A stretch of 64,000 nucleotides of DNA, taken from assembly GCA_045534015.1 (NCBI GenBank), contig JAZSIZ010000060.1:372-64371 (forward strand). The letters run 5' to 3'. Below are positions 61,268 through 64,000 of this stretch, piece by piece. The notes under the pieces were generated by a model that did not search any database, was not told the origin of the DNA, and was given only the letters and a program-made list of their open reading frames with translations. A program made the position numbers and the translations under genes. Position 1 is the stretch's first letter; each line of letters starts with the position of its first letter. Origin of the DNA: Victivallaceae bacterium (lineage in GTDB: Bacteria; Verrucomicrobiota; Lentisphaeria; Victivallales; Victivallaceae).

Positions 61268-62461
61268 ATGCCCAATGCACTTACTCACTCTGTTATTACC
61301 CGCGCAGCTCTGGCATTGCAGCCGTTTGATACCGGATGCTGTGATGCTTTGATCTCAGATTACTGTAATTATCCCGACCGTTATTCTGCGGCTGATTATG
61401 ATTTGCCAACAGATGATATCCAGTTTCATTATCTGCCGGACAGTTCGTTGAATGAGCTGTACCGTTTCTGGAAATGCAAAGACGGCAAATTGGAACATTG
61501 CCGTAATTTCACCAATGAAAATTTTTATCATGCGGTTTCCGGATTTTCACGCTATCTGGATCTGACGTTTTCCAATTTCCGCAACGGCAACCGCGAGGAG
61601 GCATTGAAATATCTCGGGTGGATCCTGCATGTTCTTGAAGATGCCACATTCGGATTGCATTCTCTGGAAGGCTGTCTTGGTTCTGATCCATTTATTCTTG
61701 ACCGGCTTAGCGGGAAGCCGGTTTCTGATATGCTGGTGGAAATACAGTTGGATAAGATGCCGGAATTGCCGGTGTACAGTCCCCGGGCGCTGGGAGATTC
61801 ATGCGCTGAAACAGTTATGCGTCTTTATGCTGAATACTGTCGTGTTTCAGCTGATTCCAGGCAGTGTTGTTTCCGATATGCCATCAGTAAGCTTTACGGC
61901 ACCGGTGATGTAGAGAAGGAAAAAAAGCAGATGTTTGATAATGCCGTAAAATTGTGTGCAGATACTGTTTATACAGTATTCATGCTGGCATCCGGAAAAA
62001 CGTTGAGAACCGGAGACACAATCATGCTTACCAGCTTTGAGCCTTATGAGTTTCCCTTTGGCGGATGCAATGGCTACCGTTACCGGCAATACAGTATCGA
62101 TCATGCTCTGGATAACGCTTCACATCCGATACCGCTGCGGCTGGGAGAAAAAGAATATGCCAGGGGGATAGCTTTTGCGGCTCATCATGCCGGGGCTTTG
62201 CGTTATATTATCAGTGAGGAAATATTTCGCAAATTCACTTGCCGTATCGGATTGCATCCGGGGGGCTCCACTGAAAAACAGGTAGGCATTTCGATTATTA
62301 ACCGCGGCACAGTTGTGGAAACGTTTACTTTAGATAAACATAACGATATTTACGATTTGACCATCGATGCTCCGGGGGGTGAATTCGGTTTTGTATACCG
62401 TTGTTCTCCTGCCGCCGGAGAGGTCGTAGTTATTGCTGAACCTCAACTTTTTTACCGGTAA
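61268..62461 (+). CDS. Zinc-dependent phospholipase C / P1-nuclease-fold domain fused to a C-terminal NPCBM-like module
   Basis: N-terminal ALTHSVITRAAL and HVLEDATFGLH resemble Zn_dep_PLPC metal ligands. The C-terminal ~150 aa (PLRLGEKEYARGIAFAAHHAGALRYII...FTCRIGLHPG...ISIINRGTVV) are NPCBM-like. It lies 14 nt after the LacI gene. Confidence 0.4.
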   Translation: MPNALTHSVITRAALALQPFDTGCCDALISDYCNYPDRYSAADYDLPTDDIQFHYLPDSSLNELYRFWKCKDGKLEHCRNFTNENFYHAVSGFSRYLDLTFSNFRNGNREEALKYLGWILHVLEDATFGLHSLEGCLGSDPFILDRLSGKPVSDMLVEIQLDKMPELPVYSPRALGDSCAETVMRLYAEYCRVSADSRQCCFRYAISKLYGTGDVEKEKKQMFDNAVKLCADTVYTVFMLASGKTLRTGDTIMLTSFEPYEFPFGGCNGYRYRQYSIDHALDNASHPIPLRLGEKEYARGIAFAAHHAGALRYIISEEIFRKFTCRIGLHPGGSTEKQVGISIINRGTVVETFTLDKHNDIYDLTIDAPGGEFGFVYRCSPAAGEVVVIAEPQLFYR

Positions 62462-62682
62462 CAGAAAATATCCGTAAAAAACAGCCTGGAAAAATTATTA
62501 AGAGCACCCCAAAGGTTGAATACAACTTTTGAGGTACATTGGAAACTTGAGGAATATATTTGCGATTTCAGCAACGAAAGAGTATCTTTGAAATTAAAAG
62601 GAATGAGTCCGGTATAATATCGAACCCATTCCATGCCGTTTTCCCCGTCCAAATTTCCAGGGGCACAGGTTGTTTTTTTGTT

Positions 62683-63999
62683 TTACAGTAATTCTTTGTC
62701 AAAATTAAATGTTTCGGTATCAGCATTCTTCCAGTTTGCATTGCGCAAATCGTAGAAATCATAGACACCCGGAACTCTCGGGACAGACATTACTGATACC
62801 GGGAATATTCTTGACAACCCGGAAGTTTTTTCAAAGCGCAATTCAAAACGGTTCCCTCTGGCATCTGAAAATTCTCCGGCAAATGGAATTTTTGCCCGGG
62901 TGGTAAGCAAAGATGGTCTGCCCAGACGGAAACACTCCACTTCCAGAACAGATTTGTTCCGCATATCCAGAATATCCTGCCGACTCATTTCGATATGTGC
63001 CATTACTCTGGAACAATGCAAATCTGATAGTTCTTGAATTGCGGCACTGTTGCACACCGGAAGCGGCGCAGAGGCGATGAGGAACAATTCCGGATCATCC
63101 ATTTTTGCAAAAAGTTCAAAGCCGTAAAGTGAGGTTATGCGGAAACGGCGGATCCCGGATGCGTAAGCATTTGCAACAGCTTTTTTCAGGGCAGGGAGCT
63201 TTGCTTCCGGACAGAATTCCGGCAGGATCGCTTCCTGCGATAACTTATTGAGGTCAAAAATATTATCAGCACGAACCGCTCTGCGGTCAGCCGGTTCCGC
63301 CCCGTTTGGTTTCATAGCCACAGTTTCCCGCAGGTATTCTTCGGTAACTGATAATGGTGTCAACGCCAGATAATCGGTGCGGAATTTATCCAATGCTACG
63401 ACCCGCTGATCGAAAACTTGTGCCGGTGTAACCGTATCATGGAATTTTTTCCAGAATTCTCTGCGTATTTGTTTGAGTTCGGCTGCCGGGAAAAACCAGT
63501 TGCCGTTGATTTCCACAGAACTGTTTTTTGCAAGAGCAAAATTCGCAGAATCAGATTCTGCAAAAGCACTTAATATTTTTGCGGAATCGACCGGATGTTT
63601 TTCCGCCGGTTTCAAATTGAGTGGAAGTGCAAATTTTTCAAAGGGGGCATTGAGCGCATTTACACTCAAATATTCACCGGAAAGTGAAATTTGCAATGTT
63701 ATTTGTTTGCGGCGTGAGGGCAGGGCTTCCAAACGGCGGGTGTAGTCCGGAAAGCTTTCCCCGATTTTGAAAATTCCTCCATTGTAAGGAACCGCTTTAT
63801 CGCAACAGATGAAAACTTTATGTCCCGGACGGACATATTTTGTCTGGATATTATCCACAAACATTTTGGTGACAGTCAGTGCAACGCCGTCATCGCCGCT
63901 GGCGGGCTGTATGCGGAGCCGGTCGCCGATATGCACCCGCTTTTTTGCGGTGAAGCCGAAGCCGTTATCAAAAACCGCTTCGACACTGCCCACACGCAA
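62683..63999 (-). CDS. U32-family peptidase-like protein, C-terminal portion (5' end beyond the window)
   Basis: The ORF is open to the window edge. The first visible segment (GFGFTAKKRVHIGDRLRIQP...) resembles the beta-barrel that follows the U32 catalytic domain, with a DUF3656-like region after it. This assignment is tentative. Confidence 0.4.
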   Translation of the reverse strand: MRVGSVEAVFDNGFGFTAKKRVHIGDRLRIQPASGDDGVALTVTKMFVDNIQTKYVRPGHKVFICCDKAVPYNGGIFKIGESFPDYTRRLEALPSRRKQITLQISLSGEYLSVNALNAPFEKFALPLNLKPAEKHPVDSAKILSAFAESDSANFALAKNSSVEINGNWFFPAAELKQIRREFWKKFHDTVTPAQVFDQRVVALDKFRTDYLALTPLSVTEEYLRETVAMKPNGAEPADRRAVRADNIFDLNKLSQEAILPEFCPEAKLPALKKAVANAYASGIRRFRITSLYGFELFAKMDDPELFLIASAPLPVCNSAAIQELSDLHCSRVMAHIEMSRQDILDMRNKSVLEVECFRLGRPSLLTTRAKIPFAGEFSDARGNRFELRFEKTSGLSRIFPVSVMSVPRVPGVYDFYDLRNANWKNADTETFNFDKELL

Positions 64000-64000
64000 A

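Noticed and set aside
62595-62640. tRNA-like T-loop (ggttcgat on the minus strand) in the 62462-62682 gap
   Set aside because: No acceptor stem, D-arm or anticodon arm can be drawn around it. The flanking pairing is a simple hairpin.
1-64000. Search for CRISPR arrays, rRNA/tRNA genes, IS elements, integrases, phage or defence-system genes
   Set aside because: I found no regularly spaced direct repeats. No transposase, integrase or recombinase-like ORFs appeared, and neither did nuclease, helicase or methylase clusters typical of defence islands. All large ORFs are accounted for by metabolic, CAZyme or housekeeping functions.

Overview
This 64 kb chromosomal segment is densely coding. I call about 48 CDS, and I see no rRNA, tRNA, CRISPR array, transposase or integrase. 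All protein calls come from reading motifs in the supplied translations, with no HMM or BLAST run. The content looks like a glycan-degrading anaerobe of the PVC group (Lentisphaerota, Planctomycetota or Verrucomicrobiota style). The main reason is three prepilin-type H-X9-DG pseudopilin-like genes sharing an identical 32-residue N-terminal block. The window has two kinds of content. (1) Three regulator-linked, PUL-like operons, each with one pseudopilin-like gene among secreted carbohydrate-active or unknown proteins. Locus 1 (4535-10918) is LacI, pseudopilin, beta-helix protein, GH78. Locus 2 (33082-38608) is AraC, CBM-like protein, a 970-aa unknown, pseudopilin. Locus 3 (49452-60332) is GH2 beta-mannosidase, DUF4434-like, pseudopilin, a 259-aa unknown, DUF4838/CBM9, NPCBM-GH36, with a divergent LacI. 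(2) Housekeeping and metabolic genes: GH116, a GlpA-like/FAD/DUF1667 trio with an XRE-cupin regulator, a DtxR-headed operon, panD, parE/parC, orphan hydG, uvrB, envelope-modification genes, and Ldh_2 with a CE7 esterase. At nucleotide level I find a very uniform promoter pattern (TTGnnn, 16-17 nt, TATATT), candidate operators for both LacI genes and the AraC gene, several intrinsic terminators, and an in-frame TGA between GH116 and a CBM-like tail. The best candidate for something undescribed is the recurrent pseudopilin-in-glycan-operon architecture. Locus 2 (no recognisable catalytic family) and a roughly 240-aa domain of unknown function duplicated in locus 3 stand out within it.
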